This document shows, in pieces, positions 12,207 through 24,948 of a stretch of DNA of 64,000 bases. The notes below the pieces were generated by a model. The model was not told the origin of the DNA and ran no database searches. It saw nothing but the letters and a program-made list of their open reading frames with translations. The DNA comes from Tubulanus polymorphus (lineage: Eukaryota; Animalia; Nemertea). The stretch's first letter is position 1. Each line of letters begins with the position of its first letter. The DNA is taken from the NCBI RefSeq assembly GCF_964204645.1, contig NC_134026.1, positions 30,290,150 through 30,354,149 on the forward strand, given 5' to 3'. Position numbers and translations under genes: made by a program.

Positions 12207-15200
12207 ATGTCTACAAAATATGACCTTTTTTCGGGACTGTTGAAGCTGGTTCGCGCCGAGGTGCTGACGCTCGACCCTGAAACCCTCGGCGCGTTTTTTG
12301 ATTTGAGTAAGTACAAAGTCTACTTCATCAATCTCAATCTGGGGTATCTCAAATTCTCGATTATTTTTCATGAACATCTCAAATTATTTGATTTCCAACA
12401 TCCGAAATTATTTGATCTCAAATTCACAATCACAATTATTTTATCTCAAATCTCCGCATTATTTGATTTCCTAAATCTCAAATTGTCTAAATCTCAATTA
12501 TTTCGAATATCATCAATTAAAAAATCTAATATCATCTAATGTCAATTTCTTTCAATTCTCTTTTTAAGTTTGGAAAACTCTCAAACTTAATTGAATTTGC
12601 TATCGAATCTATGGTGAATTAAGTTTGAATTGAATTGAATTGAATAGTGAGTAGAGGCTCTGGTGGATGAGAATTAACTCGAGGAAGTAACTTCATTTCC
12701 TGGTTTCGGTTCCAGATATTGTCCAAATTGTGAAATATTCATCATGTTATTCATATTCCAGTCAATAGAGATAAGTTACAACATAAATAATTTAAACTGT
12801 GTAGGCTTCCAGACCAATGCATTTCATAGAAAATCCTGATTTATGTTTAATAAATCAAGTAACTGGACTGCGCGGTTCAGTCCATTTAGTCAGGAAGCAG
12901 ACTGCAGTTTAGTCCTTATTTTAATCAGTAACTGGACTGCGGTGTAGTCCATATTTTAGTCAATAACTGTACTACCGTTTAATCCATATTTTAGTCAATA
13001 ACTGGACTGCGGTGTAGTCCATGTTTTAGTGGACTACGGTTTAGTCCATATTTTAGTCAATAACTGGACTGCGGTGTAGTCCATATTTTAGTGTACTATG
13101 GTTTAGTCCATATTTTAGTCAATAACTGGACTGCGGTTTAGTTGATAGTTTAGTCAGGAACCGCACGGCTGTTTAGTTCATATCCAGATACCCGTCACAT
13201 TATGGGACCAACTTTTTAGATACCGCTGAAAAGTAGCACTAGTACTTTACGGTACTTTCGTTTTTCTCTTTGACTCCAGGATCCGAAAACATGTGATTTT
13301 CTTTTTTTATTAATCATTCATCAACCGTCAGGAAATTCAGGATCACTATTTTTGATTGATTGGTTAAACTTTATTCCTCGTATCTCAAGGTAGTTGCTCA
13401 AAACAGTTTGAGATCCTGAGATTATGGCAGGAAGGAGGTACATCTCGCCACTGCTATCATGAGCTTATCTGTGAACTAGTCTCAAGCCGCACCCACTCAA
13501 TGTTTATACTAGATCTAAACTGATGTTTGATACAAATGTCCTTCACTAACTGGGCTCATAGTCAGAATCTTCATCGTCTAATTGTTGGCGAATCCTAGAT
13601 ATTGTGGCCTTGCGGCAAATACAGTTTGCACACGATTTATTTTGTAATGGATTCATTATTACGGTCAAAGGTTGGCACCTTGTTAGGTACTGAGTCTTAT
13701 ACAGTGAGTTTACTCAGTATCCGGACCACAGTTTACTCAGTATCCGGACCACAGTTTATTCAGTATCCAGACCACAGTTTACTCAGCATCCGGATGACAG
13801 TTTACTCAGTATCCGGACCACAGTTTACTCAGTATCCGGATCACAGTTTACTCAGTATCCGGACCACAGTTTACTCAGTATCCGGACCACAGTTTACTCA
13901 GTATCCGGATTACAGTTTAGTCAGTAACGGAACTGTGTGATTCATTTCGTTCTGAGACCAGATTTTATCAAATTTCCTCTAGCTGTTCTTCAGATAATCT
14001 TCACCCGTCAAGGGATTCGAACCCACTACGCTAAAGCTGTTCGCCGAATCCCTTGACCTCACGAGTCGTTACTAGCTGACCAGAATCCGGTTGTACCAAT
14101 CACAGCGCTTGTTACAAATGATATTAGGCTTCTGTTGGAATTACCGATAAATGGACCAATCAGCGAACAAGGAAGTATTTCGCAAGTCGATATATGACGT
14201 CATGCGCAACAGCGCCAGTAATGAAATCACGCGTCGTGAAGCCAGGGGGGCTGGTGGAAGCGAGTTTGGGAGTGATACCGGACCCCTGGCAAGCGAGGAT
14301 GTCTTCAGATAGGCCTACCCTTTGACTTAATGTTTTATTTTTCAGAATTCTTTTATTTTCTTGCAGCCATAAAAAGTATTTCCTCTACCGTTATCCAGGC
14401 CTGACATTTATCTAGGTCTATCCTGTTTTACACCTTACAAGTTCGACAGGGACATTTCATATTGTTTTTTCTGTAAACAACTGCAGCTGTATTTATAGTG
14501 AATTATTCCACTGAATGATTCTATACTTGAAGGGTAAGTAGTGATTATTTGAAATACTTAATGAATTCATGTGATATAGGCCTAATTCTAAATATCGTTT
14601 ATTGTTCGCTGTTTAATGACGTTTGATTTTTATAGACAAAAATCTTATTATAATTTGTAGTGAATGGATTTAATTGTATGAAGTTGCAGCAGTGGACAGA
14701 GTCGTGTGAAATGGTTTTTACCCCTGGTGGTTATTTCTAAAGGTACAGCAACAGACAGTGTCGTGCGAAATGGTTTGCACCCCTAGTGGTAGTTTCTGAA
14801 GGTACAGCATGATTGTACAGCAGCGGGCAGTGTCGAGTGAAATGGATCTTACCCCGGCAGTTGTTTCTGAAAGTAAAAGTTTAAGTTTTTTGATTGATGA
14901 TGAAAATACAGAAAATACAGAAGAAATTTGAATGAAATTTTTTGTGTCCTTTTTCTGTTTGTCATGAAATGGAAATGAACTAGACTTACTTAGCAAAAAC
15001 CATATGGAAATGTGCAGTACTCTAAGGAAATACTGTGTATCACAATTTTTCGAAATAAAATTTGGTGAAAATTCATATTACAAAAACATATTTTCAAACG
15101 TATCGCATTTTGATGGATTTTTTGCCCTTAATGATACTGTAGACTTCACTTAAACTGGTAGACGGTCTATGCCTGGTATAATCTGTTCAATTCGATGAAA

Positions 15201-18200
15201 TAAAGATGAAATGTTGTTTTTCGATACATATGTTTTGCCTTTTATGGTATATTGCTCTGTTCGATGATAATAATAACAATAATATTATGTGTCTAATATA
15301 GCCCTAAATCCAGCTGCTGCTCAGAGCGCTTTACATTTTCGGTTTTATTGCCCCAGCCATTTAATAGTCTCCTGGGGCCGGTTCCATAGTCGAGACTTAA
15401 GTCCAAAAGTGGTCTTAAATCTTAAGACTGATCTTAAGCTGTTAGATTAGCTATATAACTAAAATTGTCTTAGACTAGTCTTAAGTCTAAGCCATGACTA
15501 TGGACCCGCCCCTGGGGAGAAACAACATCCGAACAGCCGCTAGGTGCTCAGGGGTCATCTATCGGGCCAGGTACCCATTTACTTCTGGGTGGAGAGAGGA
15601 AATGAGGATAAGTGTCTTGCCGGGGATGCAATGGTAATGTACGGGGTTCAAATCCATAATGACCTGGTTTCCCAGAACGCTTTCCATATCCCGTTAATGT
15701 TCACTTCATTTCCGTTTATTATCTGCCTGAACCGGTAAACTGTAACGGCTGTTCGCCTATATTATAGAATACGTGTATGTACTATCAACCTTCTATCTCT
15801 GTTAGCAAAAATACATAAAAACATGAGAACATCTTTATGTATTTTTACTGTTAGTGATTAGGCCTTATGTTCCATTAATGCACACGCATGACTTAAACTG
15901 GTCATAATTTCCATTATGAAAATGGGATAAAGAAACATTAAGTTTGTAGGGTATGACCCTTGGAAAATTTTGGTGGTAATTTTTCTGACCGAAAGTGACG
16001 TCCTATGCAAATCAGCTAATTTGCATAAATTATAATCGGTTACCTTTTTATTTGATAATCCCCTAAATTTCATGTATCAAAATGAACAAATCGGGTATCT
16101 AGCCTCAGCTAACAGCTGACAATGGAATATTCAATGTCTACGGTCAGAAATATAAATTATATGGGTAATTATAATTAGAAAATGAGCTAATAATTAAATC
16201 ACGTGACCTTTCAAATGCAAAAAACTCAATGATTTTGAATAGCAACACCACAAAAACGCAGCATAAAAACAAACTAACGGGCGCTGCCATTTAATCAAGC
16301 CGTCTAGCGGCAGGTTCTCTGCTGAATTCTATGCGAAAAACTAAAAATAAAACTGCTATAAGAAATGTCGACGAAAGTCGACAGGGCACAGTACGACCTG
16401 AAATAATCTGTAGACGAAAGTGGACTGGGCTCTGAAAGAGTTATAGAAGAAATTTGGGGATTCACTACATGGTCAGATTGTATAAAATACAAAGAACTTG
16501 ATAATCACGTGATTATTACACTCACTAAGTCACGTGATCACATCTCTCTGATTCTCCGTTCACTTCCAGTACGCAAACGGATCTTATTTAAAGTTGCTTT
16601 GCTGGTTTTCAAGTGCCTCCATAACTTGGCACCCTCTTACCTCTCCAACCTGTTTACAGTTTACAGACCAGTCCGAACACTTTGTTCCGAGTCGCAGAAC
16701 CTTCTGTTAGTCAAATCATGTCGTCTTAGGTCATTCGGCGGACGCGCATTTGAGACATTTGCACCTACAGTGTGGAACTCCCTTCCGCAACCTCTCCGTG
16801 ATATTGACTCTCTGCCAGCATTCAAAGCACAGCTCAAGACATTTCTGTTCAGGTCATCATCTTCGTCTGGAGAGTGCCTTTGATAATCGCCCTGCTATTT
16901 ACAAGGCGCTATAGAAATTTACAATCCTATCCTATCCTATCCTATCCTAATTTTGACCGCTATTAGGCTCAATAAATCTTTTCATCAATTGATTTTTGCA
17001 ATTCTTACAAACCCGGTGCAACTGTAGCAGTTTAGGCGGAGGCTACTGTACGGTGAATATCAGCTGAAATGGCTGTGCATGGAATTTTGTTGATCTGAAT
17101 AAATGAATGGCTGCTGTACGATGAATTATACATTCTAGGTGAGTTATGTAATGAATATGTGGAGTACCAATAGGCCTATTGCTGACAATGAATATTCGAT
17201 AGGGAAAAATGAATTACAGCCATTTATGTTGATAGTGAAATATTGTTCTTCAAAATGAATGTATTATATTTGTAGCGAGTGTTGTTTCTGAAGGTGCAGT
17301 AGTGGGCAGTGTTGTGTGAAATGGTTTTTACTGGTTTTAGATTCAGCGAAGTGAAATTATTTGTGTCGTTTTTCTGTTTTAATTCATGCTGTAAATAGTT
17401 TAAACAATAAAATAAAAAAAAAATCAGTCATATTTTTATCTTCATTTTTGAGAAAATTCAGAAGAAAATATAATATGTACACACTTGCCTCATGTTCAGA
17501 GGAAATGAAATGCAAGTTCTCCCACTTACCGTGGATGGAGTGTGGCCCTGTATGCAATAAAAAAGTGTTCTACAAAATAATTGAATACATTTCTGAAGTT
17601 TGGACTCATTTTTCACTCGTCCATTTGAAAAGTAATTACTGAATAAAAGGAATTATCAATTAATTTTTTGTTGATACAGCGCGACGTATGTTGTTTTAAA
17701 TTAGATCTTTTATCGTTGCAAAGTTTCCACTTCAATTGGTTGATAAATGAAAAGTTATCATGCGTGTTATTCCAAAGAGGTTCCCAGATTTTGAAACCAG
17801 GGTCATGGGTAACAATTCCATTCATTATAATGTATAGTTTTTGTCACCTGGAACCTGGTACATCATCACCCCAGAAAAAAATCAAGTGTATTTTTGATTC
17901 ATGATTTGCTACCAAAATTGATTGTCAAGGTAATGGTAGGATGTAATTTATTACAATCAGTAGTTCCATTAATGGATTAACAAAAGTGTACCCGTCCACA
18001 TACAGGGTTGGTTCTGAAATATGTAAGTATATAAGACATAAAATGTGTATCGAAAGATTCAATCATCAGCCTCACTGATAATATACTGTCGACTTATCGT
18101 TATTATGTAATGGATGATGCAAATCATGAAAGGGGTTAAAAGTGTAGTTACAACGGAGTTAGTTGTACAACCGTATCGTACAACCAGTGACATGATCACT

Positions 18201-19277
18201 TCTCGCAAAATAAGCTTACGATCGCTTCCAAACGTTCTAATGACCCTTCTTACCCAACTCTCTTCGTTTTTTCCATCACATCACATTCAACTATTGGATA
18301 ACTGCATTATTTTATAGGTTACTATTTACAAATATGATAATTATATGCGAACATGTCATTTATGTGTAATATGCATGATCCTTAATGTTTTTTTTTTTTT
18401 CATTCCAGATTTGGATATAATTGATAATATAATGAAAGACCAGTCTGAAGCAGCCCGCAGAGCACTTCCGGGATTGAAAAACGTTTACAAAAGGTGCGTT
18501 GCAAATATCTGCGGGCCTAAGGAGCCAACTCCTCCTAAAATAATTCCACCATTTGAGTTGGTTCCTTTGCAGGAGGTGGACCCTGCTTCTCCCGTAAATG
18601 TGGAGCAGGAGGTCGCCCCTGCAGTGGTGACCCCGACAGAGGCGCCACAGCTTCAGACGCCTTCACTGCGTCGGTCGCCCCGTCGTAATACAAAAGAAAT
18701 AGATTATACAGAAGGTACGGGGCGTCCGAAATCAAAAAAAAAAGGCAAACGTGCAGCTCGTCCTCCCCCACTTCCACAACCAAATTTTGAGGAGGAGAGC
18801 AGTGATGAGGAGGAATTCGCCACTCCTGGAGCGCCACCACCAGGGCCCGCAACACCACCACCTCGCGATGATATTAGACCACCACGACGACCACGACAAC
18901 CACCTGCAACTACTACTAATTCTACTACTACTACCACTACTACCACTACTAAGAAAAGACGACCACGACCACCTACTTCAACTGCGACTAGTACTACTAC
19001 AACTTCGACAACTAGATCAAATAATACAAGAAATAGAAAAAGAAGACTTGAAGATGAAGAAAGTGATGATGATTATGAAAATAATAATACGCCCGCCCAG
19101 GCATCGACATCGGGCGCTCCAGCGGGGCCACCACCTTCCCCCGCTGTCGAGCTCATCGCGCGCGGCCCTGGTTGGTCAAGAAACATCGAGTATAATGATC
19201 CTATTAAAATGCTCCGCGACGTTGAAGGGGCCTTTAAAGGCAAATATGAATTAGTTAAACGCAGGCGAACTCATTAA
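12207..19277 (+). CDS. Orphan gene, predicted ~322-aa basic, Pro/Thr-rich, largely disordered nuclear protein (coding exons 12207-12306 and 18409-19277)
   Basis: Phase-1 donor A|GTAAGT at 12306 matches a strong phase-1 acceptor (T13..CATTCCAG|) at 18408. The join reads MSTKYDLFSGLLKLVRAEVLTLDPETLGAFFDLNLDIIDNIMKD... The 869-nt GC-richer last exon is open, has NLS-like tracts, and is followed by AATAAA at ~19479. The exon join is inferred. Confidence 0.6.
12860..13160. repeat. Degenerate ~35-bp minisatellite
   Basis: Units of taactggactgcggtgtagtccatattttagtcaa. Confidence 0.85.
13706..13925. repeat. 23-bp minisatellite, about 9 copies
   Basis: Unit gtttactcagtatccggaccaca. Confidence 0.95.
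13998..14301 (+). mobile_element. ~300-bp non-autonomous element with imperfect TIRs
   Basis: Ends tcttcacccgtcaaggg ... ccctggcaagcgaggatg are roughly complementary; a deleted sibling lies at 10012. Confidence 0.6.
15265..15660 (-). mobile_element. SINE with LINE-like 3' tail, interrupted by a MITE
   Basis: Minus strand has ggcaagacact..cctctctccacccagaagtaaatgggtacc (conserved SINE central-domain-like), then gtaaagcgctctgag and a (TAT)n tail. Confidence 0.65.
15375..15511. mobile_element. PIF/Harbinger-type MITE
   Basis: TIRs gggccggttccatagtc / gactatggacccgccc with a 3-bp CTG target duplication on both sides. Related termini (cagttccacagtt / aactgtggaactg) occur at 1-42 and 23820-23892. 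Confidence 0.8.
16520..16948 (+). mobile_element. 5'-truncated L2/CR1-group LINE: ORF2 C-terminus, 3' UTR and (CCTAT)n tail
   Basis: RDHISLILRSLPVRKRILFK..LAPSYL..GGRAF..APTVWNSLP..FKAQLKTFLF is the typical ORF2 end. The usual HWL is deleted. A microsatellite tail follows. Confidence 0.9.
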
Positions 19278-19719
19278 TATAATATAGCCCCTTCACTCGC
19301 CATCACCCGGGCAACAACATCAGCCCATGCACGTCTGCAGATCGGCACTTCTTGAAACTCAGTTTTCCCTTCCTCCTTCGTCGATCTGCAGGTTGCGCAG
19401 TGTTAAATATCTGTCAACACTCCTTGAACCAGTGGGCGTGCAGTCCTTCCTTATTTTTATTTGAAAAAAATATGAAAAAATAAAAACCAGCCTTGTAAAT
19501 ATGGATTTTATGGAGTTTTACGGTTAATCTCCAAAAAAATTTAAAAAGATAAAAATATAAAAAAATTCATAATCATTTCATCAATTTATTTATTTTTTGG
19601 ATGAAAGGAAATTTTTATCCATCATCTCATTCATATACATTTTATATCATTTATTTATTTCTTTTTTTGACTGTACGTCCCACTGTGTTCCACACCATTT
19701 TTGTTCCGACCCATATTCA

Positions 19720-20810
19720 TTAAGATTCATTGTGCTTCTCACAATGCTGAAGCATTTACCATCTTTGCTTCTACTTTGCAGTAGTAACCATCCATACCAC
19801 CTGATTGTGGAAGTAGCCTTCTTAGGAGTCATCTATCCTAATCCTATGGTCAGCCTTTTCAAATGTCTTTCGGGATATAGACCATCCTTGCTACTACTTC
19901 TATTACAACACCTTATTACGAAGGTTCATTTTGCTTCTCATGATGCTGAAGCATTTACCATCTTTGCCACTACTTAGCAGCAGTAACCATCCATACCACC
20001 TGATTGTGGAAGTAGCCTTCTTAGGAGTCATCAATTTTAATCCTATGGTCAGCCTTTTCAAATGTCTTTCGGGATATAGACCATCCTTGCTACTACTTCT
20101 ATTACAATACCTTATTATTAAGGTTCATTTTGCTTCTCACAATGCTGAAGCATTTACCATCTTTGCTTCTACTTTGCAGTAGTAACCATCCATACCACCT
20201 GATTGTGGAAGTAGCCTTCTTAGGAGTCATCAATTTTAATCCTATGGTCAGCCTTTTCAAATGTCTTTCGGGATATAGACCATCCTTGCTACTACTTCTA
20301 TTACAATACCTTATTATTAAGATTCATTGTGCTTCTCACAATGCTGAAGCATTTACCATCTTTGCTTCTACTTTGCAGTAGTAACCATCCATACCACCTG
20401 ATTGTGGAAGTAGCCTTCTTAGGAGTCATCTATCCTAATCCTATGGTCAGCCTTTTCAAATGTCTTTCGGGATATAGACCATCCTTGCTACTACTTCTAT
20501 TACAACACCTTATCATGAAGGTTCATTTTGCTTCTCATGATGCTGAAGCATTTACCATCTTTGCCACTACTTAGCAGCAGTAACCATCCATACCACCTGA
20601 TTGTGGAAGTAGCCTTCTTAGGAGTCATCAATTTTAATCCTATGGTCAGCCTTTTCAAATGTCTTTCGGGATATAGACCATCCTTGCTACTACTTCTATT
20701 ACAATACCTTATTATTAAGGTTCATTTTGCTTCTCATGATGCTGAAGCATTTACCATCCTTGCCACTACTTACTACTATGGTCGGCCGTTGTAAATGTCT
20801 TTCGAGATAT
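19720..20810. repeat. 199-bp tandem array, about 5.5 copies, with a 597-bp higher-order period
   Basis: Spurious ORFs recur at 19931, 20130, 20329 and 20528. The variant tatcctaatcc recurs every third unit. Confidence 0.95.
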
Positions 20811-21687
20811 GCAGGGAATCAATTCCTACAATAACTCCTATGGAGTTTGAAAAAAGTGGATTTTTCAAATCAAAAGGAACAGCTATGATTCACATAATGT
20901 GATTCTTTATCAAACTTTATCGGAACATGGAGAAGGAATAGCTATGTTTCACACATAATGTATTTCCTTATGAAGCTGAAAATAACGTGGAGAAGGAACA
21001 GCTATGTTTCACATAATGCGATTCCTTAGGAAACTACATTGAAACAGATTGTTCAATGTTCCATGTTGCCCCCTCCCCCCCAAATACTATGACGTTTATA
21101 CGTCAAGTGTAAAACCATTATATCGTTATTAACATATTTGTTTTTCTAATTACAGAATTAAAGATAAATTTAATATGACATGAAAACTTGAATTATTGAA
21201 ATGTTAATATCTAATGCTCAACGACGGAGGGAAATCCTTCACATGTGATCGGAAGGATTTAAAATGTTTACTCATAAGGAAAAGGAATATATATTTATAT
21301 ACGTGAGATTGCCTGGATTAAAAATTGCACAAGAAAGGAAACCACTGCAAAGACTACGGTAATCAATTTCATTACATTTCTAAGGTGTGAAACCATCACC
21401 ATCTGGATCGGTGATCAATGCATGAATTTATGAGTTCATAATTGAACATAGGATAGAATAGAAAAATGCAAAAATCTGCAAAAATGCATCGATTAAGAAT
21501 CTCTGATAAAGAAAGTATAAAATAAAGATCTTGGATTGGAAAGTTCGTTGTTATCACATCAGTGATTGGCTTTTATAGATTGATATTGATCTCTACTGAT
21601 TCTAACGATCACCAGGATCAAGGGTTGAGTTCAAAATTCTTGTTAATAATTAGTCTTAATTAATCTCTTGTTGAAATCAATAAGGCA

Positions 21688-21845
21688 TATGAGAGAGGAG
21701 GTTCAGGGAGGTATGAGAGAGGAGGTTCAGGGAATATGAGAGAGGAGTTTATGGAGATATGAGAGAGGAGTTTAGAGAGATATGATAGAGGAGTTTAGAG
21801 AGATATGAGAGAGCGAGGAGTTTAGAGAGATATGATAGAGGAGAT
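21688..21845. repeat. Purine-rich ~23-bp minisatellite
   Basis: Units like tatgagagaggagtttagagaga. Confidence 0.85.
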
Positions 21846-22769
21846 GGTCTAAAAGGAAAATTGTTAAGTTCATAACAATCGATCAACTCAGTAATAGACA
21901 CCGCTCTGATAAAGTCCTGGTCCTTTATTGGGGTCTAAATTGCAGGAATTGCGTTTAGCCATTGAAATATGGTTGATAGAGCGTGGAATTGTTTCCATGT
22001 AGGCGAGCAATGCATAAAACACACGTCTGATTAAGGCTGTTGAGAGTGAATTATCAATAGATTTAAGAAATCGAGGATGAAGTTGTTTTCAAGAGGTCGA
22101 TCATTCATATGGTTGTTAATCAGATCAGGTTCTCAGGTGCTTCCTTCGTCCCCAAAAACTGCATAAGTTGTATCAAAGTATGTGATATAACCTACTAATT
22201 GATTATATGAAAAGAGGCTATTTGTAGTTTCTCAGCCACTTTGCAATTATTGTTGTGAAGAGGTCACAAAATCCAAACTAAAACCAGCATCATCAATAGA
22301 TTTCTACTGACTGAGACCCGGTCATACTGCACATGTTGAACAGTTTGTTGTATTTTTGTGGTACCAGTTTCTCACGTTCCAAGATAGAACAAAGTTCCTA
22401 AATTTTGAGTCCTTCAGTGCTGAAATTCCAATTAACTACAAACTTCCTAATCTTAACTTTCCAAAAGTTTGAATTTTTCCTAATATATCTCTTGTTGAAG
22501 ATTTCATTCCAGTTCTCAAAATTAATTACGGTTTTTGAATATCTGCGAAATATCATTAATTATTTTCCTGGTTTCATTTTTACTATTGCCCAAAATCATA
22601 TTTTATGTGAATTATTATCGCTATTATTGGATTCTTTCAATGATGTTTTGGTTTGATATTATGATTGATCAAGGTGATCCATCTAAATCTATTTCATTGG
22701 TATGAATTATGAAATATTCATATCTGCAAACATTTCATTGATACTTCTAAACTAGTAATTCTGAAAACA

Positions 22770-23250
22770 CTCTAAAAACTATTTTACCCGTATTTTTAGG
22801 ACAATTGTAGAAAGTATTTTAAATTATCTCAATTTTAAAGTATCTATAATATGTAAAACTATTTTATCTCAATTTTAAAAAGATTGAAGAGACTATTTTA
22901 TATCTGAATTTTAAAACACCTGTGATATCTAAAAAATATTTTATCTGAATTTTAATCTATTAAAGAAACTATTTTATATCTGAATTTTAAAACACCTGTG
23001 ATATCTTAAAACTATTTTATCTGTATTTTAATCTATTAAAGAAACTATTTTATATCTGAATTTTAAAGTACCTATGATATCTAAAAACTATTTTATCTGA
23101 ATTTTATACTATTTCATTTGTATGTATTTTATCTCAAAGTATCTTTTTAAACTATTTTATTTGTATACATTTAAAAAACTATTTTTTTTGTTTATATTTA
23201 AAAACTATTTTATTTTTTATATTTAAAAACTATTTTATTTGTATATATTC
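22770..23250. repeat. AT-rich degenerate tandem repeat
   Basis: Recurring aaaactattttatctgaattttaa. Confidence 0.8.
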
Positions 23251-23639
23251 CTTTTAGAACAATGATTTATTTGTATTTCAATACTAACTAAAAGATCAAT
23301 TTGATGAAATATTTTATATATGACTATCACTGTGTATATTCGAACCCCAGTGATTTCATGAGAATGGAATAACTGAAGGTCCAGGTTTTATCACCGAATA
23401 CTCTTTGACACAATTACGTGGTCCACAACACAGATGTAAATAGTGGTTATATAAAAGGCCCATGCTGTATATAGTGCACGCATAAAGAGCTTTTACTCGT
23501 AGTTGATATAGGCTTAGTAAATATGAAATGTGATTGAGAACTTTTTCTCATACTTTCTTTACCTTTTTTCTTGTAGTTTTTTTCAATTTTTATTAATTCA
23601 GTGAATTATCTACTCATTTTCAGTTGGTGTTTCACTATC

Positions 23640-23810
23640 ATGGAATGCGATGAATAAAAAACAGTCCGAGTGTATTTTTCATATGATATTTTCAGCGTCC
23701 CGTCGTATGAAATTTTTAATTTTGAATATGATGTCATCTCAAGAAAATGTATGACTGAAAACATCATATGAAAAATACACTCAGATTGTTTTTCATTTAT
23801 CTCGTTCCAT
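23640..23810. mobile_element. MITE with long TIRs
   Basis: atggaa..aaaaacagtccgagtgtatttttcatatgatattttcag / ctgaaaacatcatatgaaaaatacactcagattgttttt..ttccat. Confidence 0.8.
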
Positions 23811-23819
23811 ACAATACAG

Positions 23820-23892
23820 GACTCAGTTCCACAGTTTGATTTGGATACAAGAATTTAGATACATATTTGTTGCATAACTGTGGAACTGGGTC
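23820..23892. mobile_element. Short Harbinger-like MITE
   Basis: gactcagttccacagtt ... aactgtggaactgggtc. Confidence 0.7.
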
Positions 23893-24277
23893 TTGTTAAA
23901 TTGTGAGCATGATGTTTATGATTAATCACTGGTGCGTTTTGAACTAGATATTAAAACTTTGGTTTCAAGTTAACCTTAGTTTAGATTAGTTGGTTTTTGT
24001 TAAGTTATTTTAGTAATTTTCGCTGTTTATGAATTTAATTTGTTCCAGTTGATTTAAGTCTAATTTAGTTAAAGTTTTAGTTCATTTAGGTCAAGTTGAT
24101 TAAGTTTTAACTATAGCTGTTAACTTAAATAAAGTGTAAACCTCTGATAAACTGAGGGTCAATTTATCTTATGATAAGTTACACTCGGGTATATTAATCA
24201 ATAATCCCGTTTAAGATCTCCTTTTTTTATGTGGTTCGGAGATTTTCACTGAATAAAATAGTAACATCTTAGAATGT

Positions 24278-24948
24278 GATGAACTGAGGGTAAATTCATC
24301 ATTGTTGAAATTACTCTCAGGATCATCATTAAAACAATGAATGAACTGAGGGTATATTTCATCATTGTTGGAATTACTCTCAGGATCATCATTAAAACAA
24401 TGAATGAACTGAGGGTAAATTCATCATTGTTGAAATCACTCTCAGGATCATCATTAAAACAATGAATGAACTGAGGGTATATTTCATCATTGTTGAAATT
24501 ACTCTCAGGATCATCATTAAAACAATGAATGAACTGAGGGTAAATTCATCATTGTTGAAATCACTCTCAGGATCATCATTAAAACAATGAATGAACTGAG
24601 GGTGAATTCATCATTGTTGAAATCACTCTCAGGATCATCATTAAAACAATGAATGAACTGAGTGTGAATTCATCATTGTTGAAATCACTCTCAGGATCAT
24701 CATTAAAACAATGAATGAACTGAGGGTAAATTCATCATTGTTGAAATCACTCTCAGGATCATCATTAAAACAATGAATGAACTGAAGGTAAATTCATCAT
24801 TGTTGAAATCACTCTCAGGATCATCATTAAAACAATGAATGAACTGAGGGTAAATTCATCATTGTTGAAATAAGTCTCAGGATCATCATTAAAACAATGA
24901 ATGAACTGAGGGTAAATTCATCATTGTTGAAATTACTCTCAGTTCATT
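24278..24948. repeat. 62-bp satellite, about 11 copies, each containing a stem-loop
   Basis: Unit gaactgagggtaaattcatcattgttgaaatcactctcaggatcatcattaaaacaatgaat. Confidence 0.97.

Noticed and set aside
17680-18021. Internal coding exon of the orphan gene
   Set aside because: It has plausible splice sites and a phase-compatible donor, but two in-frame stops; 14347-14534 also has stops in all frames. At most dead or poison exons.
19597-20794. Repeated 81-126-aa ORFs in the 199-bp array
   Set aside because: The period is not a multiple of three and the ORFs shift frame each unit, so they are artefacts of the repeat.
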